DNA of 50,262 nt from a virus (IMGVR_UViG_3300009181_000109:1-50262); one strand, 5' to 3'. Positions 26,447 to 34,822 are shown, numbered from the stretch's first letter. Notes: a model not told the origin generated them from the sequence alone. Translations and numbers: made by a program.

Positions 26447-26657
26447 TCTCCCTTAGGTTTAAATGCTCCGGACGCTTGCTGGTTATCCAGAAACCCTTTG
26501 CGTTTACACTGAACCCCAGAGCAGTCATTTCTTCTGGGGTTCTGCATCTTCTGTTTACACCATACTGACCGGTGCGGTGTTTCTCAAATGCTCCATTGCT
26601 ATTAAAGAATTCCATGCATCCTTTGCATTGGTTCCTGTCACCCTTTAATATTTTCAT
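26427..26657 (-). CDS. Zinc-finger protein (CxxC...FxxHR...C)
   Basis: CKGCMEFFNSNGAFEKHRTG...RRC; RBS AGGAG. Confidence 0.75.
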   Translation of the reverse strand: MKILKGDRNQCKGCMEFFNSNGAFEKHRTGQYGVNRRCRTPEEMTALGFSVNAKGFWITSKRPEHLNLREIEDANN

Positions 26658-26958
26658 TGTCGCTCCTGAGTCGTTGCTTCATGATTTCGTCTGCCATCAA
26701 GTCTGCAAAAGATTGTCCCGAGGGGAACCTCATCTGTGCCGCATGGTGACCATTGATAATATTAATGGATGCGTCTAGCCCCTCGTTAAAGCCCCGTAGG
26801 TAAGGGTTGTCTACCGCTACCCTCATAGACAATCCCTCTCTTAAAACTTGAGCCATGGTTAGTTTCTTAGACTTAGCAAACTTACGTAGCTTCACGTAGT
26901 CTGCATCGTTTATATACGTCATAAACGGTTTAAGCTTTTCTTTTTTAGAAGGGGTCAT
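26638..26958 (-). CDS. Ribbon-helix-helix-like DNA-binding protein
   Basis: KPFMTYI (strand) - DYVKLRKFAK - TMAQVLREGL. Confidence 0.65.
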   Translation of the reverse strand: MTPSKKEKLKPFMTYINDADYVKLRKFAKSKKLTMAQVLREGLSMRVAVDNPYLRGFNEGLDASINIINGHHAAQMRFPSGQSFADLMADEIMKQRLRSDNENIKG

Positions 26959-27340
26959 CGGTTTTCCTTATGGATTCAAACTCATGGAGTATCAAATCAA
27001 ACTTATATTTAGCGTCTGCTTTTCCATGAAGTTCCGTCCGGGAGTCAATCCCACAGCGTTTACACAACATGTGCGCGGCATCTGTTTCGTTGTCACACAT
27101 CAGGAACTCTTGGAAGTCAGGGTCACGGCAAAGCATCCCTGCTTTTTTGACACGGTTGTCATAGGGGGTTGCTGACTCATCGTCCTGTATCCGGACAAAA
27201 GCACAACCATACCTCGCACCCACAAAGTCCCGCATTAACTCCTCGGGAACTTCGTCAGGGTGGATAGCAATGGTTAAAACAAAACCTGTGCGGTCTTGCT
27301 TTAACGCAACTTTACGGGCTTCAAACTGTAGCGCCATCAT
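26945..27340 (-). CDS. Conserved phage hypothetical protein
   Basis: AGMLCRDPDFQEFL...CGIDSRTEL motif. Confidence 0.7.
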   Translation of the reverse strand: MMALQFEARKVALKQDRTGFVLTIAIHPDEVPEELMRDFVGARYGCAFVRIQDDESATPYDNRVKKAGMLCRDPDFQEFLMCDNETDAAHMLCKRCGIDSRTELHGKADAKYKFDLILHEFESIRKTDDPF

Positions 27341-27674
27341 CTTTGCTCGCAATGCCAAGGCGTGACTCAAGGTAAGAGATGACGTACTCAAGTCCTTCGT
27401 GGTGCAATCTCAATTCCTTTACCTTGTTTGCCAAGAAACGAATCCTCTCTTCTTGGAACGTGGTCAGGTTCTTGTACTTCGTGATCTCATCGTTTAAACG
27501 AGTAACCTCTTGTCGCAGTATCTGCTGGCCTTCGGTTGGCTTAGGTTCCTTCTTTACCCCGTTTTGAAGAACCTGATACACGTAAGCGGGTTTGCATTTA
27601 ACTTCGGTGGCAATCTCTTTGGCCGTAGCTTTAGGGTTGGCTAATTTGTAGGCACGAATTTTTTTAGATAACAT
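27321..27674 (-). CDS. HTH plus coiled-coil protein
   Basis: NPKATAKEIATEVKCKPAYVYQV; RBS GAGGAG. Confidence 0.65.
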   Translation of the reverse strand: MLSKKIRAYKLANPKATAKEIATEVKCKPAYVYQVLQNGVKKEPKPTEGQQILRQEVTRLNDEITKYKNLTTFQEERIRFLANKVKELRLHHEGLEYVISYLESRLGIASKDDGATV

Positions 27675-27684
27675 TTCTCTCTCC

Positions 27685-28158
27685 TCAAATATAAATTGGC
27701 TTGTTAATTTTGTGCCACGCTTTGTGGCATTGCTCACATAACCACCGTACATCTAGTGGCTTGGTGTAGTCATCGTGATGACCCTCAATCTTTTCAACAG
27801 ATCCACAGATTGAGCAACTACTTGCGGGGATAAGTTTCCCATCACGTATTGCATTGCCTGCAATAACATGAGTGGCGTATGCCATTGGGTAACGTTTGTT
27901 ATACGCATCCATAGCTTTTTTCTTTGCAAGTTTTCCAGCTTCTGTTTGTTGGTAATCTTTACGTGCTTTAACACGATGCGGTTTGTTAGACCGCCTCTTG
28001 TCATATTCACGTATCGTTTCCAAATTAACCTCTCGGTGTTTATTAACTCTGCTTTTGACGCACGGTTTGCATTTGTTTAAATGCCCATCACCCATCGCGG
28101 CATGTTTGTAAAAATCACTTAAAGGCTTCTCTACACGGCACTCTCGACATACTTTCAC
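27685..28158 (-). CDS. HNH-type endonuclease
   Basis: CREC..EKPLSDFY...CKPC zinc finger; CSICG...GHHDDYTKPLDVRWLCEQCH. Confidence 0.8.
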   Translation of the reverse strand: MKVCRECRVEKPLSDFYKHAAMGDGHLNKCKPCVKSRVNKHREVNLETIREYDKRRSNKPHRVKARKDYQQTEAGKLAKKKAMDAYNKRYPMAYATHVIAGNAIRDGKLIPASSCSICGSVEKIEGHHDDYTKPLDVRWLCEQCHKAWHKINKPIYI

Positions 28159-28196
28159 GATTACTCCTTAAAACGGTATGCCTTAAGTATACCATT

Positions 28197-28523
28197 CTAG
28201 AATGGCACATCACTGTCGTCAGGATGACTCTGCGCTTGGTTCTCTTGACGGGTTCCGGCCTGTTCCTCAGGAACCCAACGGTTGACTGCCAATGACAAGT
28301 AAGTCTTGCCGTTGGTTTCGCTGACACGTTTCCATCCGGATAACTTAATCACGGTCAAACCGTTCTCAGTCTTTATGTTGGTCAAGTCTTTAAGATTGAT
28401 GGCAATCGTTCCCCAGTAATCGGGGGATTCAGCCGTCTTCTTAATCTGACTGGCATGAAGATTACCGGAGTCAGGTCGCTCCTCAAAGGGCTTGCTATAT
28501 GCTTTCTTTTGGTAGGTACTCAT
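28197..28523 (-). CDS. Single-stranded DNA-binding protein-like
   Basis: PDYWGTI...LSGWK...KTYLSL, acidic DDSDVPF tail; next to an annealase. Confidence 0.75.
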   Translation of the reverse strand: MSTYQKKAYSKPFEERPDSGNLHASQIKKTAESPDYWGTIAINLKDLTNIKTENGLTVIKLSGWKRVSETNGKTYLSLAVNRWVPEEQAGTRQENQAQSHPDDSDVPF

Positions 28524-29251
28524 TTCTTTTCCTCAGTTAGTTGAAGCTTCAAGGTCTTGAAGCGGGATAAAACCTCCTCGTAAAGGGGAGGGTGCGTTGC
28601 CTTCAGCGAGTCAAGCTGAAGCTCATTGCTCTTCCAGTAGCTGTTTAAACCTGCTACGCTGGTGCAGTCGGATGTCCACTCAATCATTCCTTCGGTAAAC
28701 AGCTTGCGGCTTTCGTCCGATGGATCCCATTCGGTGGGTTGTGCTTTGACCAAAACCTTTGGGGCAACCTTAGCCACAATCTTCTCGTACTTAGGCGCAT
28801 CTTCCTTGCGGGTTAGTTCCCCCATTGGAGCCGTTGCCTGTGGCGTATAAGCCGTTTTCCCATCATCCTCCGGTAAGTCGGAACCCGCATAGATATAAAT
28901 GCCCAAACCATGAAGCGCAAGGGCTTTGGTCATGCACCTCATAATCGCTGTATTGACGGCAAACGCATCAGGGTTAAGGATGGGTTTATTCTTGTAGTCC
29001 ATGACGGGCAACATACAGGTCATTGGCTTGCCAAACATGGTGACAGTGACCCACACCAAGCCTGTGCCATTGACATCCATATAGGGCATTGGGGAGTACT
29101 GATCCCGATTAAATGTATGTACATTAAATGTAGCGGCAGGGTCAGCCTTAAGGGCTTCAGCCCACGCAAACGCCCATGAGAGGTACGTTAGGCCGTTCTT
29201 CTTCTCGGTGTGATCATTGACGTTGATCTTGAGTAAATCATGCGGAGACAT
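28520..29251 (-). CDS. Single-strand annealing protein, DUF1071/Sak3-like
   Basis: EKKNGLTYLSWA.AW...LPVMDYKNK...VNTAIMRCMTKALALHGLGIYIYAG. Confidence 0.85.
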   Translation of the reverse strand: MSPHDLLKINVNDHTEKKNGLTYLSWAFAWAEALKADPAATFNVHTFNRDQYSPMPYMDVNGTGLVWVTVTMFGKPMTCMLPVMDYKNKPILNPDAFAVNTAIMRCMTKALALHGLGIYIYAGSDLPEDDGKTAYTPQATAPMGELTRKEDAPKYEKIVAKVAPKVLVKAQPTEWDPSDESRKLFTEGMIEWTSDCTSVAGLNSYWKSNELQLDSLKATHPPLYEEVLSRFKTLKLQLTEEKK

Positions 29252-30116
29252 TGAGTTCTCCTTGATATTGACTGCACCACTTGCTGACACCACAGAAGTC
29301 TCCTGTGCATCGCTTGGGTTCGCCTTTTCTTGTTTCGACATATCCTTTTTCCTTTTCTGCCAACTCTGTGGCTTCATCTATTGTTTTAAGTACACGGATC
29401 GCAGTCTTGCGACCCTCTCTCTTCACTGCATAAGTGGTTTCGCTCACCCACCTTTCGTCATCGGTACAGGGCTGTAAGTCCTCCCCGAATTCATGTTGCA
29501 CCTTGGCATTACGGTGCATGTTTAAACGATCCCTGACGTAAGTCTCGGTCGTAACTGACTTCCACATTGGGATGTCAATCATCACCGCCTCTGCCTCAGG
29601 GTAGTTTTCCTGAGCAGAATGGGGCGTGTAATCTTTGACAATGGCACAGATCTGTAGGCCTACCACAGGCGTACCCTTGACAGTCTCTACCAACCACTTG
29701 TAAATATTCAATTGAGTAACCCAGTCATCCTTGTTGTTTGCCAAGGCTTGCATGACTGACCACGCCTTAACAAACTTGTAATCGATGATGACAACGCCTC
29801 CATCTACTTGTTGTTGGAGGTCAATTGCACCGCTGATCACCACGCCATCAATCTCAGTAAAGATGCGTTCCTCATTGATATAACCCTCAACTTCCTTTGC
29901 CTCAAGCTTGCCGTGCATGAAAGTCCCAAGTTGGGACGCAATCATCTTGGTAACATCAACCTCCATGTCTGCGTCATACTGTTCGCGTAACCTTCTAATT
30001 TTTGGTGGTGACATTAACTCAGTTACGCTATACTGTGATGCACCTTTACTGTAGTAGTTCCTAGAGAGCAAAGCCACTAACGGTGCGGGTAGCTTCTGAT
30101 CGTTGGTTATCTTCAT
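29238..30116 (-). CDS. PD-(D/E)xK exonuclease, Cas4-like
   Basis: GTFMH, ISGAID, IIDYK, QLNIY motifs, C-terminal RC...C...WC.Q. Confidence 0.8.
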   Translation of the reverse strand: MKITNDQKLPAPLVALLSRNYYSKGASQYSVTELMSPPKIRRLREQYDADMEVDVTKMIASQLGTFMHGKLEAKEVEGYINEERIFTEIDGVVISGAIDLQQQVDGGVVIIDYKFVKAWSVMQALANNKDDWVTQLNIYKWLVETVKGTPVVGLQICAIVKDYTPHSAQENYPEAEAVMIDIPMWKSVTTETYVRDRLNMHRNAKVQHEFGEDLQPCTDDERWVSETTYAVKREGRKTAIRVLKTIDEATELAEKEKGYVETRKGEPKRCTGDFCGVSKWCSQYQGELNVSA

Positions 30117-30135
30117 CTCTTCTCCAAAGGTTGTC

Positions 30136-30573
30136 ATGAGTACAAAACACAATGATAGCGATGTTATAAAAGAATTGCAAGTACTGTCACAAATTATTTT
30201 TGGTGAGCCAGCTTCCAAAGCAAATTCTCGTAGAGTTGTACACTACGGTGGTATGTCTAGGCTGATTAAGTCTAAGAAAGCATTAAGCTACTCTGATGTA
30301 TTTAGACAACAGTGCAAACCATTGGCCGTGCTGATGACGGGTGATCTAAGGATCACCATGCATATCTACTACGCATCAAGACGACCCGACTTAGATGAGA
30401 GCCTGATCCTAGACTTGCTTCAGGGATTGATTTATGTGAACGACCGTCAGGTTAAGGAGAGGCATACCTACTGGCATCTCGACCCTGAGTTGCCCCGTAC
30501 AGAGATGATCATTGAGCAAACCCCTGAGGTGCACCCAAAAAAAAGCCCCTCCAAGCGTACTCAGAAGGGCTAA
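30136..30573 (+). CDS. rusA: RusA-like Holliday junction resolvase
   Basis: GEPASKANSR, RRPDLD, LD.LQG.IYVNDRQV motifs. Confidence 0.75.
   Translation: MSTKHNDSDVIKELQVLSQIIFGEPASKANSRRVVHYGGMSRLIKSKKALSYSDVFRQQCKPLAVLMTGDLRITMHIYYASRRPDLDESLILDLLQGLIYVNDRQVKERHTYWHLDPELPRTEMIIEQTPEVHPKKSPSKRTQKG
30152..30180 (-). promoter_or_regulatory. Sigma70-type promoter for the leftward recombination operon
   Basis: TTGCAA-N17-TATCAT on the minus strand, about 35 nt upstream of ATG 30116. Confidence 0.55.
30537..30571 (-). terminator. Rho-independent terminator
   Basis: AGCCCUUCUGAG-UACG-CUUGGAGGGGCU-U8; the G-U pairs work only on the minus strand. Confidence 0.75.
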
Positions 30574-30620
30574 CTCCAACAGGAGAGAGAATGGACAGGC
30601 AACTGCAAAGTAGTCTGTCG
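30537..30620 (-). ncRNA. Candidate small RNA with anti-SD seed and intrinsic terminator
   Basis: Promoter TTGACC-N18-TAAACT (30656-30627); seed CAUUCUCUCUCCUGUUGG; 12-bp stem with UACG loop plus U8. Confidence 0.6.
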
Positions 30621-30867
30621 AGGGTTAGTTTAAACCAATAACGCAGGCGGGGTCAAATAATTTTATTTTTACTCGTTTCATAATACAAAACTAATAAACT
30701 CAACAAAATCAATAGGTTACTGAGTAACTAACAAAACCCAGCCTAATTTTTGGCCCCTGCATTAAACAACCCGGCGGTAACGTTTAAACGTATAGCGCAT
30801 TCCCGGCGCAAGGCAGAATTTGGGTTAGCCATCGCTAAATTATTTTTTGTCTTTTTTTTGATACTGC

Positions 30868-30898
30868 TTGACACAACCTGAAAAGATGTGCTTATAAT
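30868..30898 (+). promoter_or_regulatory. Sigma70-type promoter (rightward replication operon)
   Basis: Perfect TTGACA and TATAAT with a 19-bp spacer, T-rich upstream. Confidence 0.6.
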
Positions 30899-30904
30899 TC
30901 AATC

Positions 30905-30994
30905 GTTGTCGTCGTAGTCAACACGGAAAGCCATTTACACATGCCTCGCCCCGTTATGGGGAACTACGACGGGGCAGTTGTAAGTGGCTTTTTT
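30905..30994 (+). ncRNA. c4/CI-like antisense RNA with upstream target hairpin
   Basis: Stem AAAGCCATTTACA/TGTAAGTGGCTTT plus TGCCTCG/CGGGGCA; ACTACGACG (30963-71) is complementary to CGTCGTAGT (30910-18). Confidence 0.5.
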
Positions 30995-31260
30995 AATTTC
31001 TACACCAACTCGCAGGCAATGCGGTTCCGTCGGTGGTTGCCTGTTAAATACCCTGTCACACGAGCAAGCACATAGCAGGGATGGTGGGCAAAGAATAGAG
31101 CCAGTGCGGTGGGACTTACGTCCTGAAGTCTGTTCAACGTGATGCGACGGCATGGCTCCGAAGGGAATACACGAAAGCGAACCTTACTTTTGAGTACGGT
31201 AAGGCTACGTATTGCTCAAACAATCACCAAAGGGAATATACAGGCTTACTAGGAGATGAC

Positions 31261-31479
31261 ATGAGACTATGCCAGTGTGGGGGAAATGTCCTGCAAGGAC
31301 AACTGACCAGAGGCCGTGAATCTTGGAGTTGCAAAGCCTGCGGTCGATATGAAATATTTGGAGGTACAGATGAAGCAACGTGTTTACACAGTCGGGATGG
31401 GGGATCAGGTCAGACTGATCAGGGCATCCAATCGCAGACAAGCGATAGCGCATGTATCGTTAACTCTCTTGACAGTTAG
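31261..31479 (+). CDS. Small zinc-ribbon protein
   Basis: AGGAG RBS; CQCGG...CKACG; 3' part overlaps the next gene. Confidence 0.45.
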   Translation: MRLCQCGGNVLQGQLTRGRESWSCKACGRYEIFGGTDEATCLHSRDGGSGQTDQGIQSQTSDSACIVNSLDS

Positions 31480-31573
31480 GGTAGCGACACAGGAAGATTT
31501 AATTAACCAACTAACGAAAGGTATACCTATTGAAAACTACACACCTCCGGAGCAAATCGAACTAGAACTTTAA
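31370..31573 (+). CDS. Hypothetical protein
   Basis: GGAGG RBS; RLIRASNRRQAIAHV...VRVATQEDL. Confidence 0.7.
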   Translation: MKQRVYTVGMGDQVRLIRASNRRQAIAHVSLTLLTVRVATQEDLINQLTKGIPIENYTPPEQIELEL

Positions 31574-31591
31574 AACAAATGGAGTAAGAGA

Positions 31592-31822
31592 ATGATCAAT
31601 AAAGAAACGCCCGAACTAACAGGGCATCATGCAATTATTTATACGTGTCTCAAGCTGAACGGCCCACTGGGCAAGGACGGCATAGGCAGAAGAACAGGCT
31701 TAGATGTCAACCAATGCTCAAGGGCACTGCCTCTTTTGCAAAGGATGAACTGCATAGAACTAACTGGCTTCACAGTTAAGTCTGACTCAGGCAGACCCGA
31801 GCGGGAATGGAGGGCAATATGA
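31592..31822 (+). CDS. Winged-helix DNA-binding protein
   Basis: IGRRTGLDVNQCSRAL..L...IELTG...SDSGRPEREW. Confidence 0.7.
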   Translation: MINKETPELTGHHAIIYTCLKLNGPLGKDGIGRRTGLDVNQCSRALPLLQRMNCIELTGFTVKSDSGRPEREWRAI

Positions 31823-32148
31823 ACGATCAGTTTGACCTATTCCCCGAGCCTCATGATCCCAAATCACGTAGCACAGATCCCAACACCAGCCACTCAGCCG
31901 CAGTGTATTTAAACATTGGACATGTAGAGTCAGAAGTTATGTGGGCTATATCTAAATATCCTGACGGGGCAATCTACGATGAGGTGGTTGCCCATCTCCC
32001 ACACCGAAGAGTTCATAGCATCCAACCTAGGTTTGCCCCATTGAGAAGATCAGGGCAAATCGTTAAGATCGGAGAGCGCAGATCCAAACTATCAGGACGC
32101 AATCAAAGCGTCTACATCCTAGGGGGTAAAGATGAAGAGAGACTATAA
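31819..32148 (+). CDS. Winged-helix DNA-binding protein
   Basis: RSTDPNTSHSAA...SIQPRFAPL...G.RR...SGRNQ.VY. Confidence 0.7.
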   Translation: MNDQFDLFPEPHDPKSRSTDPNTSHSAAVYLNIGHVESEVMWAISKYPDGAIYDEVVAHLPHRRVHSIQPRFAPLRRSGQIVKIGERRSKLSGRNQSVYILGGKDEERL

Positions 32149-32371
32149 ACAAGAGTTTAAAACTCAAGTAGCACGGGGCGAACATGAGAACCGCATGGAA
32201 CGTCAAAGGGCTAGGCGTAAGCTTGATGCCAAGGGTGTGACCCGTCAAGGTAAGGACGTAGCCCATGTCAAGGCTTTGTCTAAAGGTGGATCAAACGCAG
32301 ATGGTGTGCGATTAGAAGCTCCCAGCAAGAACCGCTCGTTTAAACGCAAGTCAGATGGGAGCATGAAATGA
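32132..32371 (+). CDS. Small HNH-like protein
   Basis: RDYKQE...RQRARRK...KDVAHVKALSKGGSN...NRS. Confidence 0.75.
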   Translation: MKRDYKQEFKTQVARGEHENRMERQRARRKLDAKGVTRQGKDVAHVKALSKGGSNADGVRLEAPSKNRSFKRKSDGSMK

Positions 32372-32676
32372 TTGATTCATACATAAAGCAATGGTCAGTT
32401 GGTAAAAAATCTTTTAGCGTTACAAAGTTATTGCAGTGCAACATAAGCCGAGTAACTTACGATTTTGAAACTAAAGTGGCTAATTTTTATTTGCCTTATT
32501 CAAATTGCACAAACATGACTGGTGCAATTTGTTTTGCCAAACGGATTAGCCCTGATGTTGAACAAGTTCAAGTTTTTGAAGACAACACATTAATCAACAT
32601 CTATTTACGTATTGCGGATAAATGGACGGCTCAAAGTTTTAACAGGCCATACCATGATCGACGCATTAGTAGCTGA
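32368..32676 (+). CDS. Hypothetical protein (AT-rich)
   Basis: ATGA overlap; visibly more AT-rich than neighbours. Confidence 0.55.
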   Translation: MIDSYIKQWSVGKKSFSVTKLLQCNISRVTYDFETKVANFYLPYSNCTNMTGAICFAKRISPDVEQVQVFEDNTLINIYLRIADKWTAQSFNRPYHDRRISS

Positions 32677-34336
32677 TACTTACTTCAACGAATCTACTCG
32701 GGTAGCTTGCCCGTATTGTTCTACCGAGCGTAGAAAATCCAATCAGAAAGATATGACCCTGACCCGTAAAGATGACGGGGCAGTGGTCTATCACTGTCAT
32801 CACTGCCAAACAAGCGGCTCAGTCCAACCACAACAGGAGAGAAAATTGTCAGCCGTACCCAACCCCATCATTGTTTCCAACAAACTACAACCTCCCCACT
32901 ACGCATGGCTAGAGCAACGAGGGATATCCCAACAGACAGCAGACAAGATGAAACTGTTTGCCGCAGAGAAGTTCTTTGGCAAGCTAGGCAAGACCGCAGA
33001 TGCCATAGGCTTTCCTTATTACCGGCAGGGTGCACTGGTAGCCGCCAAGTACCGATCATTCCCTGAGAAAGACTTTACCCAAGACTCAGGAGGTGCACAT
33101 GATTTCTTTGGTATCGATCAGGTCGTCAAGGGTGAACCCATCATCATCGTAGAGGGTGAGATAGATTGCCTAACCCTAATGGAGTTAGGCATCAACAACG
33201 TGGTCAGCGTTCCAAGTGGAGCACCCATCAAGGTGGCAGACGGGAAGGTACTTCCGTCAGAAGATAAAAGATTTGCGTATGTATGGAATGCCCGTGAGGT
33301 ATTCGATGCCGCCCCTTATGTAGTCCTAGCCACAGATCAGGATACTGCGGGGCAAGCCTTAGCCGAAGAGTTGGCTAGAAGAATTGGAAAAGAAAAATGT
33401 AGGCTGGCTAAGTTTGCCAAGAAGGATTTAAACGAGGTACACCTAGATGACCCGTCTCGGACAGGGGCAGTCCAAGCGGTGGTCGATGGTGCAGTGGCGT
33501 ACCCGATCTCGGGAATCAGCGATGCTGGGATATTCTTTGACCGTTTAAACGATCTTTACTCGAAGGGAACGGGGAAGGGATTCTCAACAGGGTATCAGTC
33601 GGTCGATGAGATCTATACAGTAGCACCGAGTCAGTTGACTGTGGTCACAGGTTACCCGTCCTCGGGTAAGTCCAACTTTGTGGATCAGATCATGGTCAAC
33701 CTAGCCCGTGCCCATGATTGGAAGTTTGCTGTCTGTTCGTTTGAGAATCAACCTGAGGTTCACATCAGTAGGTTAATGGAGATCTATACCAAGCGCAGAT
33801 TCTTTGAAGGTCGGGACAGGATGACCGAGCAGGAGCGGGACAATGCGTTTAAATTCGTTAAGGATCATTTCTTATTCATCGATACAAACGGTGAAGAACC
33901 AAGCACACTGGATTCAATACTTGAACGGGCACGGGTAGCGGTCAAGAGGATGGGTGTACGGGGGTTGGTCATTGACCCCTACAACTACATTGAACTGCCA
34001 AGGTCAGAGGGTACAGAGACTGCGGCCATCAGCGACATGCTGACGAGGGTACAGAAGTTCTGTAAGTCCCACGATGTCCATACATGGTTCGTTGCTCACC
34101 CGTCTAAGATCACCCGTCAAGGCACTGAGCAACCCCGTCCCGATGGCATGTCGATAGCGGGGTCAGTGGCTTGGTGGGCGAAGACCGATTGCGGGGTGAC
34201 AGTCCACAGGAGGGATCACCATGTTGAGATTGCAGTGTGGAAATGTCGGTATCGTTGGGTCGGCACACAAGGCGAGACATCAATGCTTTACAACAAAACC
34301 TCAGGCACTTACTCGGAGAACCTAGATGCATTCTGA
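32654..34336 (+). CDS. Primase-helicase, T7 gp4/Twinkle-like
   Basis: CPYC...CHHC zinc domain, TOPRIM VEGEID / TDQD..G, Walker A GYPSSGKS, VIDPYN, VAHP. Confidence 0.92.
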   Translation: MIDALVADTYFNESTRVACPYCSTERRKSNQKDMTLTRKDDGAVVYHCHHCQTSGSVQPQQERKLSAVPNPIIVSNKLQPPHYAWLEQRGISQQTADKMKLFAAEKFFGKLGKTADAIGFPYYRQGALVAAKYRSFPEKDFTQDSGGAHDFFGIDQVVKGEPIIIVEGEIDCLTLMELGINNVVSVPSGAPIKVADGKVLPSEDKRFAYVWNAREVFDAAPYVVLATDQDTAGQALAEELARRIGKEKCRLAKFAKKDLNEVHLDDPSRTGAVQAVVDGAVAYPISGISDAGIFFDRLNDLYSKGTGKGFSTGYQSVDEIYTVAPSQLTVVTGYPSSGKSNFVDQIMVNLARAHDWKFAVCSFENQPEVHISRLMEIYTKRRFFEGRDRMTEQERDNAFKFVKDHFLFIDTNGEEPSTLDSILERARVAVKRMGVRGLVIDPYNYIELPRSEGTETAAISDMLTRVQKFCKSHDVHTWFVAHPSKITRQGTEQPRPDGMSIAGSVAWWAKTDCGVTVHRRDHHVEIAVWKCRYRWVGTQGETSMLYNKTSGTYSENLDAF

Positions 34337-34703
34337 TTTAAACAACCCAACAGGTAGCTCATCGGACGAGCTTGATAGCTCAGGCCGTTTAAACGATGTA
34401 AGCTCAACAGATAGCTCATCACACGAGCTACCCACACGTTTAAACAAGCGGCTTGAGTTAGCGCTTCAGTGGGAGGCTGACCTTCTTTTCCTAAGCGAGG
34501 AGGAGTTTGATGATGCAATCATTGGGGTTTGTCAGCGGATAGGCAATGAAACTGTGGTTGCGTATGACGCAACAAAGATTGTGGAGATCCTGAGCCGCTC
34601 AATGAGCGAGGACGAAGCGTATGAATATTTTGAGTTTAATATTCTTGGGGCGTATGTTGGGGAAAGAACCCCAGCGTTTATAACTTTTACGTTTAAACTG
34701 TAA
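34326..34703 (+). CDS. Conserved phage hypothetical protein with repetitive N-terminal extension
   Basis: FDDAIIG...VVAYD...EAYEYFEFNILGAYVGERTP core; start uncertain. Confidence 0.65.
   Translation: MHSDLNNPTGSSSDELDSSGRLNDVSSTDSSSHELPTRLNKRLELALQWEADLLFLSEEEFDDAIIGVCQRIGNETVVAYDATKIVEILSRSMSEDEAYEYFEFNILGAYVGERTPAFITFTFKL
34336..34445. repeat. 51-nt periodic repeat bracketed by RTTTAAAC
   Basis: RTTTAAAC at 34336, 34387, 34438; CAACAGRTAGCTCATCnnACGAGCT twice. Confidence 0.7.
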
Positions 34704-34822
34704 CCAGCAAGGTAAAAAAATTTACCCCAGCATAAAAAAGTTTATATCCAGCAGACCCGTTTAAACGCCACAGCAGGCAATTCAGGACAGCAGGAATATG
34801 TTTAAACGCACCACAGCAGACC

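Noticed and set aside
29238-30116. Cas4-like nuclease as a sign of CRISPR-Cas
   Set aside because: No repeat-spacer array or other cas genes; it sits with a Sak-like annealase and SSB as a normal phage recombination module
30900-31260. Possible tRNA in the structured intergenic region
   Set aside because: No cloverleaf with correctly placed T-loop and acceptor stem found by eye
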